DNA from: Octopus sinensis
Taxonomy: Eukaryota
Assembly: GCF_006345805.1 (NCBI RefSeq)
Contig: NC_043000.1
Location: 103,664,001-103,728,000 of the forward strand
Direction: 5' to 3'
DNA length: 64,000 bases
Shown here: positions 1 through 10,950 of the stretch, in pieces
How positions within the stretch are numbered: the first letter of the stretch is position 1
Layout: every line of letters begins with the position of its first letter
Notes under the pieces: model-generated
Database searches by the model: none
What the model was told of the DNA's origin: nothing
The model's input: only the letters and a program-made list of their open reading frames with translations
Made by a program: the position numbers and the translations under genes

Positions 1-595
1 ATTTTATTGTCGTCACTTCCGGATTCTGACTTCCGTTTCTGTAGTGCATTACTTTCATTGTCTGAAACAGTACACAGCTGTATTATTATAATACATCATG
101 TTATATATTATTACACGCGCGCGCACGCACACATCATATATATATACACATACATACATACACACATACACCGTCCCCACACACACATACATGTGTATGT
201 CTATCAAATTCATTCAGATTTTAAACTTGAAGTTTGCTTTATTGATCTCGACCACAGATACCGGCTATCAGATGACAAATATAAACGGAACTCAATAGTT
301 TTAGTGGTGATAAATCTGAAAAATTTATAAATGTGTGTGTGTGCTATATGTGCATGTATGAGCGCGTGAGCGCGTGTGTACGTCATGTATGCATAAATGT
401 ATGTATATAAATATGTATGCATGAAAGTACGTACATAAGGATGTCTATGTATGTATTTACATATGTTTAAATATGTGCGTGTGTACATACGCGTATATGC
501 ATATATATATATATATATATATCCATAACAAAATTATATTTGTTATAATATATTATATTATATTATATTATATTATATTATATTATATTGTATCA

Positions 596-1492
596 TACGA
601 GGAGTTACCCAAAAGTAATCGGAAACGTTCTCTGTGAGACAAGCCCGTGGTACTTCAGGCTTCCGTCGCTAGAAGCCACTTGCTGCGACCCTCTGGTATC
701 AGTCTGCCGCCCGGTGTGGTCGGATGAAGTCGTACTGTCACGTGGTGCGTCTTTGTTTTGCAGTGCTTCTGCCCTGTTTGTCGATTTTTGCGATAGCTAA
801 AACGAAGGAACAGCGTGCTTCCGTGAAATTCTGTTTCCTGCTGGGGAAAACGGTGGCTGAAACAGTTGTCATGCTTCAAACAGCTTACAAGGACGCTGCC
901 AAGAGCAAAACACAAGTTTATGAGTGGTTTTCACGCTTCAGGAACGGTCACTTGTCGCTTGAAGACCAACTTCGTTCAGGGTGACCGTCGACTTCCCGAA
1001 CGAATGAAAACATCAGAAAAATTCATGAAGGACCGTCACCGAACAATTGACGGACTCATTGATATGACTGGTATATCCTGGAGATCCTACCAACGAATTT
1101 CGAGCGAGGAATTGCGGATGAAAAGAGTTGCAACAAAATTTGTGCCTCGTTTCCTCACAGAAGATCAAAAGCAGTCACGACTGATTGCGTATCGTGAACT
1201 GAAAGAACAGTTGGAAGTTGATCCAATCCTTTTTTCGAAGGTCATCACTGGTGACGAAAGCTGGTGCTATGGAATTTGCAGATGTGGAAAAGGTGAAGAA
1301 AAAACGACGGAGGCATTAAAAGGCATCACTTCCCAAGAGTTCCAGCACTGCCTCGAATAGTGGAGAACGCACTTGGACATGCATTGCTTCGAATGGAAAA
1401 TACTTTGAAGGTGATAAAAGTGTAAATATGTAATATTAAGTGAATAAAGTAATATTGCAAAATTCCAGTTTCTTTTGGTTACTCGCCTCGTA
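596..1492 (+). mobile_element. Mariner (Tc1/mariner) DNA transposon, internally deleted and with a disrupted transposase
   Basis: Imperfect ~30 bp TIRs with TA ends: TACGAGGAGTTACCCAAAAGTAATCGGAA at 596 versus the reverse complement of the right end, TACGAGGCGAGTAACCAAAAGAAACTGGAA (ends 1492). ORFs 724-984 and 866-1360 give the mariner HTH (ASVKFCFLLGKTVAETVVML...VYEWFSRF), KFVPRFLT and TGDESW, then jump straight to the C-terminal ALKGITSQEFQHC. The rest of the DD34D core is missing. Confidence 0.92.
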
Positions 1493-1810
1493 TGGTGTAT
1501 TGTATTATATTATATCCTTCAACTCAGCCTAGCGCCTTGTGCACGTTGAACTTAACTAAAGGGGAAATATAAGAGTATTAATTATGGATTTTTAAAAAAA
1601 ATTTGATCATAGGTCTACTCAGATTGAGGCCGAACCGAATTGAAACATCAGCAGCAACAACAACAATGACAACACAGTAATGTGAATTCGCAATAAGTGT
1701 CATCTTTCCAAATTCATACAATAAACAATACATTACGAATGTTAACAATACAATATAAGTAAATGAAACAATAACATGTCAGTATATATCTCTTCAAAGT
1801 TAGAAATCTA

Positions 1811-1857
<47 letters not shown>

Positions 1858-1933
1858 TAATAATAATAATAATAGTAATAATAATAATAATAATAATGAT
1901 AATAATAATAATAATAATAATAATGATAATAAT
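1811..1933. repeat. (AAT)n microsatellite
   Basis: Direct reading; it produces the spurious poly-Tyr ORF. Confidence 0.95.
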
Positions 1934-3503
1934 GTTCAAACAATAAATGCAAAGAACAATTGATGATTTTCTTCAATATCTCTTGATATTGGAAAAATAT
2001 GTTTATAAATACTAAAAACAAAATATAAATTCATTGAAATAATGACTGGTGAAAATTTCCCAGGAATGACTTCTGCATAAAGTACACGTAGTTAAGCGGG
2101 GTTAACGTACTTAGTTTAATAATGATCCAACCGTAATACGGTCGTTGGGAATTTCCCCGGTAATATTGTAGTTTTCGTTCGTAAAGTGTTCATTCATTAT
2201 TTCCTGTATGAAACGTTCTACTTTGTAGATTACGAAATTCGAACGGAATTTGTCAAATAAACTGCAGGACTGATTGTTACCAAAAATTAACGCAAAAGAA
2301 ACCAAGAAACAGACCAAGGTGGAAATTCGCACATGTTTATTGTTATTGACTGAAACACACACGGCGAAAGTAACTGCTTTGAAGATACAATCACAATAGT
2401 GACATAAAACTCTTTAATAATTGTCGTCGCATAATAGCTAGAGGAGGAAAGACAGCAGCGTGCCTTTCCAACAGTTCCTAAAATTTTTAACCACAGATGA
2501 TGAGACACAGGTAAAGTAGAATGGATTCGCAAAAAAATCCGATGATTGTAAATCAAAATATGAGAAATAAAATAATTAAAGCATATAGGAATAGATAGGG
2601 TTAATGCAGTAGCGTAGCTAATGAGGGTGTTATCAGAGATCTCTCCGGGCGACGCTTTTATGGGCGTGGCACTTTTGGGTCAGCTGAGTAGGCTCGGGGA
2701 CCTGGGGGCGGTAAACTCAAAGGAGGCCACGGGCGGCACACACTCTGGTTGTTCCACTGGGTTTATGAAGTTCTGAAAAGGAGAAAAAAACCTGACAAGT
2801 CTGGTTATCACCCTTACGAAAGTACTTTCTTCTTTTATATACTTTTTGCGAACAAAAACTATGGTATTCCCTCCTAATCAATATTTAAATCTTTCTTAAT
2901 CATTCAACGTTCTTAGTTTAAATTCTTTATATCTCTCAGTTACCTATGACCCTTTAAGTGCTGGCAAAACTATGATTCATTTTGCTAATAAGGTCAAATA
3001 CGACTCAAACATGTCTGGAGTTGTTACTTTGTGTGGTAAACATGAAACCCACTCCATTTTTTTCTTTAACATTGAATATATCCATTCCGTGTTTTAATAA
3101 TTAGTGTTTAAGAATTGGCTCCGTTGTTTTTGTTGATCGTTACAGCCAATGATTTATCTCTTTACTATGGTTATATGTAATTTTCATTTATTAAGCATTT
3201 TGGGGCACACATTATAATGAGTTTGTTAAGATCTCATTTAATGAATTTATACTTTAATTTGTGTGTCTTTAAATTATAAATTGTGGAATATTCTGTTATG
3301 AAATCGAGGCGGTGAATTTCTCTGAGTGGCGATCAGACTTCGTGTTAAAAGCGTATACGAGGGGTTTTTGGTCTGCATATACGCTGAAAATAGATCCTTC
3401 TAGCATGGGGGGAAATGTTCGACGGATACATATGCTGCCAATAATTAACGCCCGAAAGAAAGAAAGAAAATAACCCTAAAGCCAAAAGAAAGAAAAAATA
3501 GGT

Positions 3504-3997
3504 TGTAGTGATCCCTGGCGGCTACAACGGCAAGCAAAACAGAAAAGAGATTAAACGAGAGTAATCTCCCTCGAGCTTCTAGAATGTTCGAGATTCTTCT
3601 GGAACTTCCGGTTTTACGTGGAAGTCGGGGATTTCTGGTCCATTCATATATAAAGTAAAGAAATTCTAATTCGCGCCGTTCAGTGCATGTTGATTCTTCA
3701 ACGTGTACTGGATCAAGCCGCTGTACTTAAGCCTACTCGTTCGCCTTCCTTACTTAGAGACATGTGACTGCAGACAGAACACATTCATTTAATGTTATAA
3801 GCATCTTTCAACTAACCTTGTATGTGAACGTATTATCTCCAATAATAAAAGTTATGACTTAATACAAGCGCCACGTGTATTGTAACCTCTTGATGTTATG
3901 AGCAGATACAGTAACTTCCTTCTCTCTCATACTGACTAAATTATAGTGTGTCATTAAACCAATGTTACCACTAAAAATGGATAACACCGACACCACA
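3504..3997 (+). repeat. 5' LTR of the 3504-7229 element
   Basis: Homologous to ~6772-7229 and followed directly by the PBS. Confidence 0.8.
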
Positions 3998-5979
3998 AAA
4001 ATGGTGACCCCCGACGTTAAGAACACATCCTTCTACTATAAAATAGTGACCCTCGACGTTAAAAACACGGCTTTCTACCTTAAAATGGTGAACCACCACA
4101 TTAAGAATATGATAGCCGCTCCACTATAAAATGGTGATCCTCACGACGTTAAGAACACAATAACCTCCTTGTCTGGATGCGCAAACCACAGCAAATGGTA
4201 CATCGACGTGATGTTACATTTTTCAAGGTAATTCCTATATTACTCTACCACGACTTCTGATATTCTAATTTTAAAATAATTTCGCGTTTTCCACGTCCAA
4301 CAAAAAAGTCACTAATCACGCCTGTTCTTTGTCATAATCATGAGTAACACTTCCATACCAGCTTATTCCGGCGACGCTGAACTATGGTTGGCACAACTCG
4401 ATTCTGTCACAGCACATGGTAGACCGAGCTATAGAATCGCAGTTTTTGCTCGCATCTCAACTAAGAATCAATGGCCCGACGTCAGGATATTTTCTCTTGT
4501 TCAAGTGAACCTCTAAAATTCGTCTTCTTCGCCTCGTACTCGTACTTAACAGAGTATGCATTCTTCTTACAAGGAAATACATGGTATTCTTTCAAATAAT
4601 CTCCTTTAAAGTAATTTCCTCTCACCGTGTCGACTGTCAACGTTTTGCCAGAAAATTCACGTAGGAACGTTTCCAGCATGGCGTCCGTCTTCATCTTCCT
4701 CGCTGGTTTTTCACGCGCAATTACCACTGAGCATGCGCAGTGGATGCGCGCGCCAAATCTCGACAATTCTCTATTGCATTCGCCTGTCTCGAATCTGCCA
4801 TGCAGCCGGACTTCAACAGCCATGCACACATCGTTGTCATCAATACCGCGACCACCGCTTCAGCCTTTGTACCTAACTACAGCGCTAACGCTACTACCAC
4901 CATGGTTTCGACTCGTTTCTGCGCCATTTTACGTACAGCAATAGGTTTTGTGGCCTTATACAGCAAATTCCAGTCACTCTGAGCACCGCACAGTTGGATG
5001 GTACTTCAAACAGCTTCCTAATCCCAACCATGCATTTCTTAACAACATTCATTGGAACAGTTATTCAACAAACTGAACATTCTGCATGTATTCTTGTTCT
5101 TTCATTTTTTTTTCAGCCTCATCATGAGCTTTTCTATTCCAATTTCTTCTCTATTCAGCACCTCATCTCGTACACTCAGACTTAGATGGTCAGCTCTCGC
5201 TGCGAGTTACTGCATCAGACTTTGCAATCAGTGTTGTTTCACAGTGCTTTCAGCAGTTACACTTGCACATTTTATTGCTCAATGTACATACATACTATCT
5301 GCCTCATGCTATCCAATCTCACACATTTCTAGGTTTATTCTAGCTGAATGTTTTTCTCAAGCCTTTCTCATCCGGCAAATAAGCTCCTTACGTGTTTTTG
5401 CTCTCTGGTTTGTAGGACACGCAAACCACCTCTTATAAACGCATATATATTTTTCTTTGCATCATGTAGCGTTCCATGCATTTTCTTCCTCTGATGCCTG
5501 ATCAACACCAAGTCTCTTGCATGATGGAACTTCTTTTGTCGCCATCCTTATGGTTTGACTCGCTTCGCTAGTCACGTTCGCTTTTCTAGCACCTACAGCC
5601 TTGCCTCTGCAAGCGACCCACCGCGCTCGCAGGTTAAATCTTGGCACTGCTTATGTCTCAGCAGCCAACATCGCACTCTCTTACACCTTGACTTTCGCAT
5701 CCTGTGATTTCCGGTTTCCTGGACGTTAGCTATCACGCTTGCACGTCATGTTTACACTTGCTCTGTTTCGCGGAAACCACCTTTCCAGGCAGCAAGCTAC
5801 GAAGAACTTCCTTCAGCTTCCTTTTATAATATACTAGCAGCATAGCCCGGCATTGCCCGAGTATGTAAGAGCCCCTGGAGCAGACATGATGCTCGCCGTG
5901 CATTTTTAAAAAATTCCTGCCAATTTGTGAAAGATATTGTCGAAAATATGTCATCTTGAATTTGAACGCGATTTCCCAA

Positions 5980-6373
5980 AATGGCATGATTTTATCGATT
6001 TTTTCTGATGGTAAGGTATTGCATGGAAAACTAACGTCAGAATTAAGTTTCTTAGGGTAACATTAAGCTTCACCATGAGTTTGGTGAAAATCGATTGCAA
6101 GTTGCGAAAACTACAACAGAAAATGTGTTGCAAATAAAAGGCTTAGATTCTCGACCCCATGTCGAATTTATCAATTTTTTTCAGAACTGGGGGAACTTTT
6201 CAAAATTTTCGCTGCGTTAGTTTTGAATTATGACATTGGGCTATGTGTGTGTCAAGTTTCATCAGAATCGGTTGAAAGCCGTGGTCAGGGTGAGGGTACA
6301 ACCTGACAGACACACAGACACACAGACACACAGACACACAGACTCACAAACTGCCGTTTATATATAGAGAGAT
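5980..6373 (+). mobile_element. Helitron-like (DINE/Lep1-type) non-autonomous repeat nested in the LTR element
   Basis: Ends in (CAGACACA)n followed by AAACTGCCGTTTATATATAGAGAGAT, the same 3' architecture as other copies in the window. Left boundary approximate. Confidence 0.55.
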
Positions 6374-6768
6374 GCAGCATACACCTTATTCTGGAACTTC
6401 TCGTGTACTGTCGCACTCACACTAAAATTATCCAGAACTATGTACATTTAACTTTGTATTACAACACAAACTATTTGTTATTTCTTTTTCAAAGAACGTT
6501 ATTCGCAAACATTGTTCTTATGTATGTTTTCACATTATATTTTCATTTTCCATGTTTTTTATTTAGCTTGATGTGCATAGCTATGTAGCTAAAGGTTTAC
6601 TGCGCCAAACTCTACAATTATATTCAGTAATGCATTGTGATGCATGTATTGCTTTTTTTATTTTACTACCTGTTTGCAAGCACATGTTTCTGCCACCTCG
6701 TTTTGCTACGTATCTGCTCTGGGTCGCTACAATGATTCTGCTTATCGACTGTCCGTCTAAGAGGAGAG

Positions 6769-7229
6769 TTATGACGGCTACGACGGCAAACAAAACGGAA
6801 AAGGGATGTAACGAGAGTAATTTCCCTCGAGCTCCTAGAATGTTCGAGATTCTTCTGGAACTTCCGGTTCATACCTATATAAAGTAAAGAAATTCTAATT
6901 CGCGCCGTTCAGTGCATGTTGATTCTTCAACGTGTACTGGATCAAGCCGCTGTACTTAAGCCTACTCGTTCGCCTATCTCACTTGGAGATATGTGACTAC
7001 AGTCAGAACAAATTTATGTAATGTTATAAGCTTCTTTCAACTAACCTTGTATGTGAACGCATTATCTCCAATAATAAAAGTTATGACTTAATACAAGCGT
7101 CTCGTGTATTCTATCCTCTTGTTGTTATCAGCAGATACAGTGACTTCCTTCTCTCTCATACTGACTAAATTATAGTGTGTCATTAGGCAAATGTTACCAC
7201 GAAAAATAGATAACACCAACACCACTATA
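6769..7229 (+). repeat. 3' LTR of the 3504-7229 element
   Basis: Homologous to the 5' LTR (roughly 85-90% by eye) and preceded by a purine tract. Its start is slightly divergent. Confidence 0.78.
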
Positions 7230-7340
7230 AGGTCTTATTAAGATCTAGAGTACAGTTTCAATTCTTAACTATGAATCCAGGAAACGATATCGTACATACA
7301 CACACGTGCACACACACACTCATATACACATATGTGCATG

Positions 7341-7374
<34 letters not shown>

Positions 7375-7398
7375 TGTATGTATGTATGTATGTATGTA

Positions 7399-7429
<31 letters not shown>

Positions 7430-7884
7430 ATGTATGTATGTATGTATGTATATAAGAGAGAGACAGACAGACAGGCAGAGATTAGCGGGGTATTTATCAG
7501 CGCTTGACAACTAATGTTAGTCTGCGTACGAATATGTAACTAAGCTGTCCAGCAAAGAGTGACGGATAGAATAAATAAGCACTGTGTTGATTTGACTAAC
7601 TTAACCATTGAAGGCGGGCCGCATTCCAATGACTGAATCAAATAATGAGTACAGAAGGAAACAAGATAGATTCAAACCACACACGCATGCGCGGGCACAC
7701 TTTTACACAAATACGAACGCACACGCGCACACACACACACACACACATACATACATACATACATACATACATACATACATACATACATACATACATACAT
7801 ACATACATACATACATACATACATACGAACGTAATCATATATAAGTGTATATGTGTGTGTGTTCGAACAATATACAATACCTTA

Positions 7885-8205
7885 AAACAATACATATAGT
7901 TCAGTTCAATAGAAATACTTCACTATAAGTATTTCAATATTCAAACAACAATGCATTATCTATAAGAAACTGTTTCACTGTTTTTTCTTCTTTTTGTGTG
8001 TGTTTCTTTTATGCTAGAATTTAGGCCTTCCGGAATACATAAAGGTCACCAGTAAAGTATTGTGGCTTTGTAGTTAAGGAGTTCGCAGTATAACGGGTTC
8101 GATGCTACCACGTAGCACTTTGGGTCAATTCTATTTTGGCCCAATCTAGAATTTCAGAGAGAGAGAGAGTGTGTGTGTGTGTGTGTATAAATATATATTA
8201 ATATA
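7885..8205 (+). repeat. Left arm of a ~320 bp inverted duplication
   Basis: Reverse complement of ~17072-17370, covering unique sequence plus a degenerate SINE head. Confidence 0.88.
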
Positions 8206-8646
8206 AGAATTTTTTGCATAATGAGATAAAAAAAAAAACAAGGCTGTGTAGATATTAGAACATTTATAGACAGAAGATCTTACAGATGTTTCCAGGATAT
8301 TTATTAATTACTAGCAGAGATACACGGCGTTGCCCGTGTTACATACAATTGAAGAATTACACTTTCTGTTATAGTTTCTCTTAATGAACTGGAATATCTA
8401 TGTTTCGAATTTCATCAAAATTGCAGATGAGGGTTATTTCCCTCTTTACATACCCAAAATAAATTGTAATCATGCCACATGTATCCCATACTACTGATTT
8501 TTATACGCATATTCCAAAATTCCAGTCTTATTGAACCTGTTAAAAAGATTTTGCTCCTGAAAAATGAAGGTCATGGAGCTCTAAAATGTTTAATTTAAAC
8601 CAGAGAAGTTAAATTGTTGAGAATCTTTTTAACTTGGGTCTTATAA

Positions 8647-8809
8647 CTATTGTTTGAATTTCTTTGAAATAGGAAATATGTGTTCACTGGGTTTGTAAAA
8701 GAGAGCAAAGCTACAGGAAACCAAATATATCTATTGTTTGAATTTCTTTGAAATAGGAAATATGTGTTCACTGGGTTTGTAAAAGAGAGCAAAGCTACAG
8801 GAAACCAAA
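8647..8809. repeat. Exact tandem duplication of 79 bp (period 84)
   Basis: CTATTGTTTGAATTTC...GGAAACCAAA at 8647-8725 and 8731-8809. Confidence 0.93.
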
Positions 8810-9660
8810 ATACGAATGATCACAATAAGCAGTCAGTTACCCTACCCTAGTCGTTACCACTCCCAATATAGGATTCCTCACCATCCAGGCGACAGGCGCA
8901 ACCGTAAGATGCATTACGAATCTATAGCAATTGGAATGGTGTGACCCAACTGAAATAAACATTAGCAACTGTGTGACGTGATGGCTAAGGAGAAATGAAA
9001 GTGTCACCTCTGGAGTTTGAAAATAACCACTATGCTGATACGTAACTGGACAGAATAAATTTATAATCTATAAATGTCTTTGAATAACCAGTCACTCATC
9101 TGGGAAGGCCTTGAAATCAATGTTACCATTTGGGGACTATGTGTGACCGAGTGATAATAAAAAGACTGAAAGGAGGTCTGCAATCAAATAACTTTACTCA
9201 ACACTTTACAACTGAATCAGTGGAGGCAAAGATGCCTCTCATTTACTTGCCAATTTATGCAGCACATTGCAGAAATCACAATCCAAGTGTACCATTGAAT
9301 TAGAAATAATGCTCAACTTTTATGCTCGGGTAACCCTACAGCTTCCAAGAGCACAACTGTATTCGTTTTTGCTTAGATAAAATGACAAAATTGTGGGTGT
9401 TAAGTCCACATGGAGGGGTCTTTCTAACTTGTAAGAAGATGAAATTTTATAAATATTACTTCATTTGTGTCTAATATCTATGGTTTAAATTTCATCAACA
9501 GCAAAAATATATGAATTGTCATAGGGGTTATGGGCCTTATGCATAGAATATAATTTCCAAATTTCATAAAGATCCATTCAGTACTTTTGACCTAGTTTTA
9601 GAAAATAAAAGAAATGACTAAAATTTGGGAGTTAAGGCTCCCATTAGGGTGTTATATATA

Positions 9661-9701
<41 letters not shown>

Positions 9702-9714
9702 TATATATATATAT

Positions 9715-9794
<80 letters not shown>

Positions 9795-9822
9795 ACACAC
9801 ACACACACACACACATACAAGA

Positions 9823-10026
9823 ATAAATTGATAGATACAACTGAGTGGGCAAACAAAATTATGAGACACAGCCTAGTGCTTTTTTATGTTGATAAGCCTG
9901 GTACTTATTCTATTAGTTTGTTCTTGTGAAACCAGTAACTTATGTGGATGTAAATAAATGAACAGCAGTTGTGAAGTAGTGATGAGGGCGAAACAGAGAC
10001 AAAGACACACACATAGACTTACACAC

Positions 10027-10069
<43 letters not shown>

Positions 10070-10275
10070 AAGATAAATTGATAGATACAACTGAGTGGGC
10101 AAACAAAATTATGAGACACAGCCTAGTGCTTTTTTATGTTGATAAGCCTGGTACTTATTCTATTAGTTTGTTCTTGTGAAACCAGTAACTTATGTGGATG
10201 TAATAAATGAACAGCAGTTGTGAAGTAGTGATGAGGGCGAAACAGAGACAAAGACACACACATAGACTTACACAC

Positions 10276-10308
<33 letters not shown>
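9823..10308. repeat. Tandem duplication of a ~250 bp degenerate SINE + (CA)n module
   Basis: Near-identical copies start ATAAATTGATAGATAC at 9823 and 10073. A more diverged third copy lies at ~13750-13960. Confidence 0.9.
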
Positions 10309-10325
<17 letters not shown>

Positions 10326-10950
10326 TATTGAAATGGATAAATGAATTATCTTGTTACGGATTATTCAAATGATAACCGATACCTGGGTAGCAAAAATCAC
10401 AACAGAAAAATCACGGTTGAGATACGACCATGGGGTCTCAAAACCGTGCCTTAGTGCGAAAATTTGAAGTTTTATATATTTAGTGTAGGAAGAAATGGAG
10501 CTGAACGAAGATTTAACAAAATTCCTTTTTATTATTTTCTACATATGTTTCAAAGGCTGCAAAGTCCCTAATTCGGATTGAATAAGGAGACCATTTTGTA
10601 GCCTTCTCTTCAGGAAAATCCAAGAACTTAATTCTCCAACAAAATGCACAGCCAGCTTTTCGACAAACGCTCGCGAGGAGCCCATGGGATAAATGGCACA
10701 AAACTGTCTCTCAATATGCGTTGACGCCAGGCTGGGTGAAAGCCGACGAAAAAGTCCGTTGAGATAATTCAAGGTCAAAATCCGGTTAACAGGGGGGTGG
10801 GGTGTTACAGGAAAATCAAAGAGTGTGAATGTATTCTGTATGACTGGTGTTAATATTCGAATTGTTTTAAGAATGAGTACTATAGTGTTTGGGTGTATAT
10901 ATATATACGATTGATTTGTTTCAGTTCCTGTCTACGAAATCCATATATAT

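Larger units (their letters stand above)
3504..7229 (+). mobile_element. Non-autonomous gypsy-type LTR retroelement (two LTRs, PBS, gag remnant, PPT, no pol)
   Basis: Direct repeats ~3515-3997 and ~6772-7229 share long stretches (e.g. AACGAGAGTAAT...GGAACTTCCGG and TAAAGTAAAGAAATTCTAATTCGCGCCG). The element starts TGTAGTG (3504) and ends CACTATA (7229, likely CACTACA). AGGT lies on both flanks (3500-3503, 7230-7233). PBS TGGTGACCCCCGACG at 4002, gag-like MSNTSIPAYSGDAELWLAQLDS at 4340, purine tract AAGAGGAGAG before the 3' LTR. Confidence 0.8.

Noticed and set aside
2111-2362. 83 aa ORF with a hydrophobic segment as a standalone gene
   Set aside because: No ATG in a suitable position, the stop precedes the donor-like site, and no recognisable homology. 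Kept only as part of the motif-cluster finding.
2606-2760. GC-rich short segment starting CAGTAGCGTAGCTA, resembling a hAT MITE; similar segments at ~29207 and ~39960
   Set aside because: The ends do not form a convincing TIR pair or TSD, so the element cannot be delimited.
3991-4170. CRISPR-like look of the 42 bp PBS array
   Set aside because: Eukaryotic context, no cas genes, and the units are degenerate tandem copies of an LTR/PBS junction without unique spacers.
7265-7899. MYVC/HTYI repeat ORFs, also at 19003-19383, 21618-21899 and 54574-54921
   Set aside because: (TATG)n and (CA)n microsatellite artefacts.
10330-10880. Possible LTR retroelement end (purine tract then TGTTACAGG at ~10804)
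   Set aside because: No partner LTR or translatable motif found, too weak to call.
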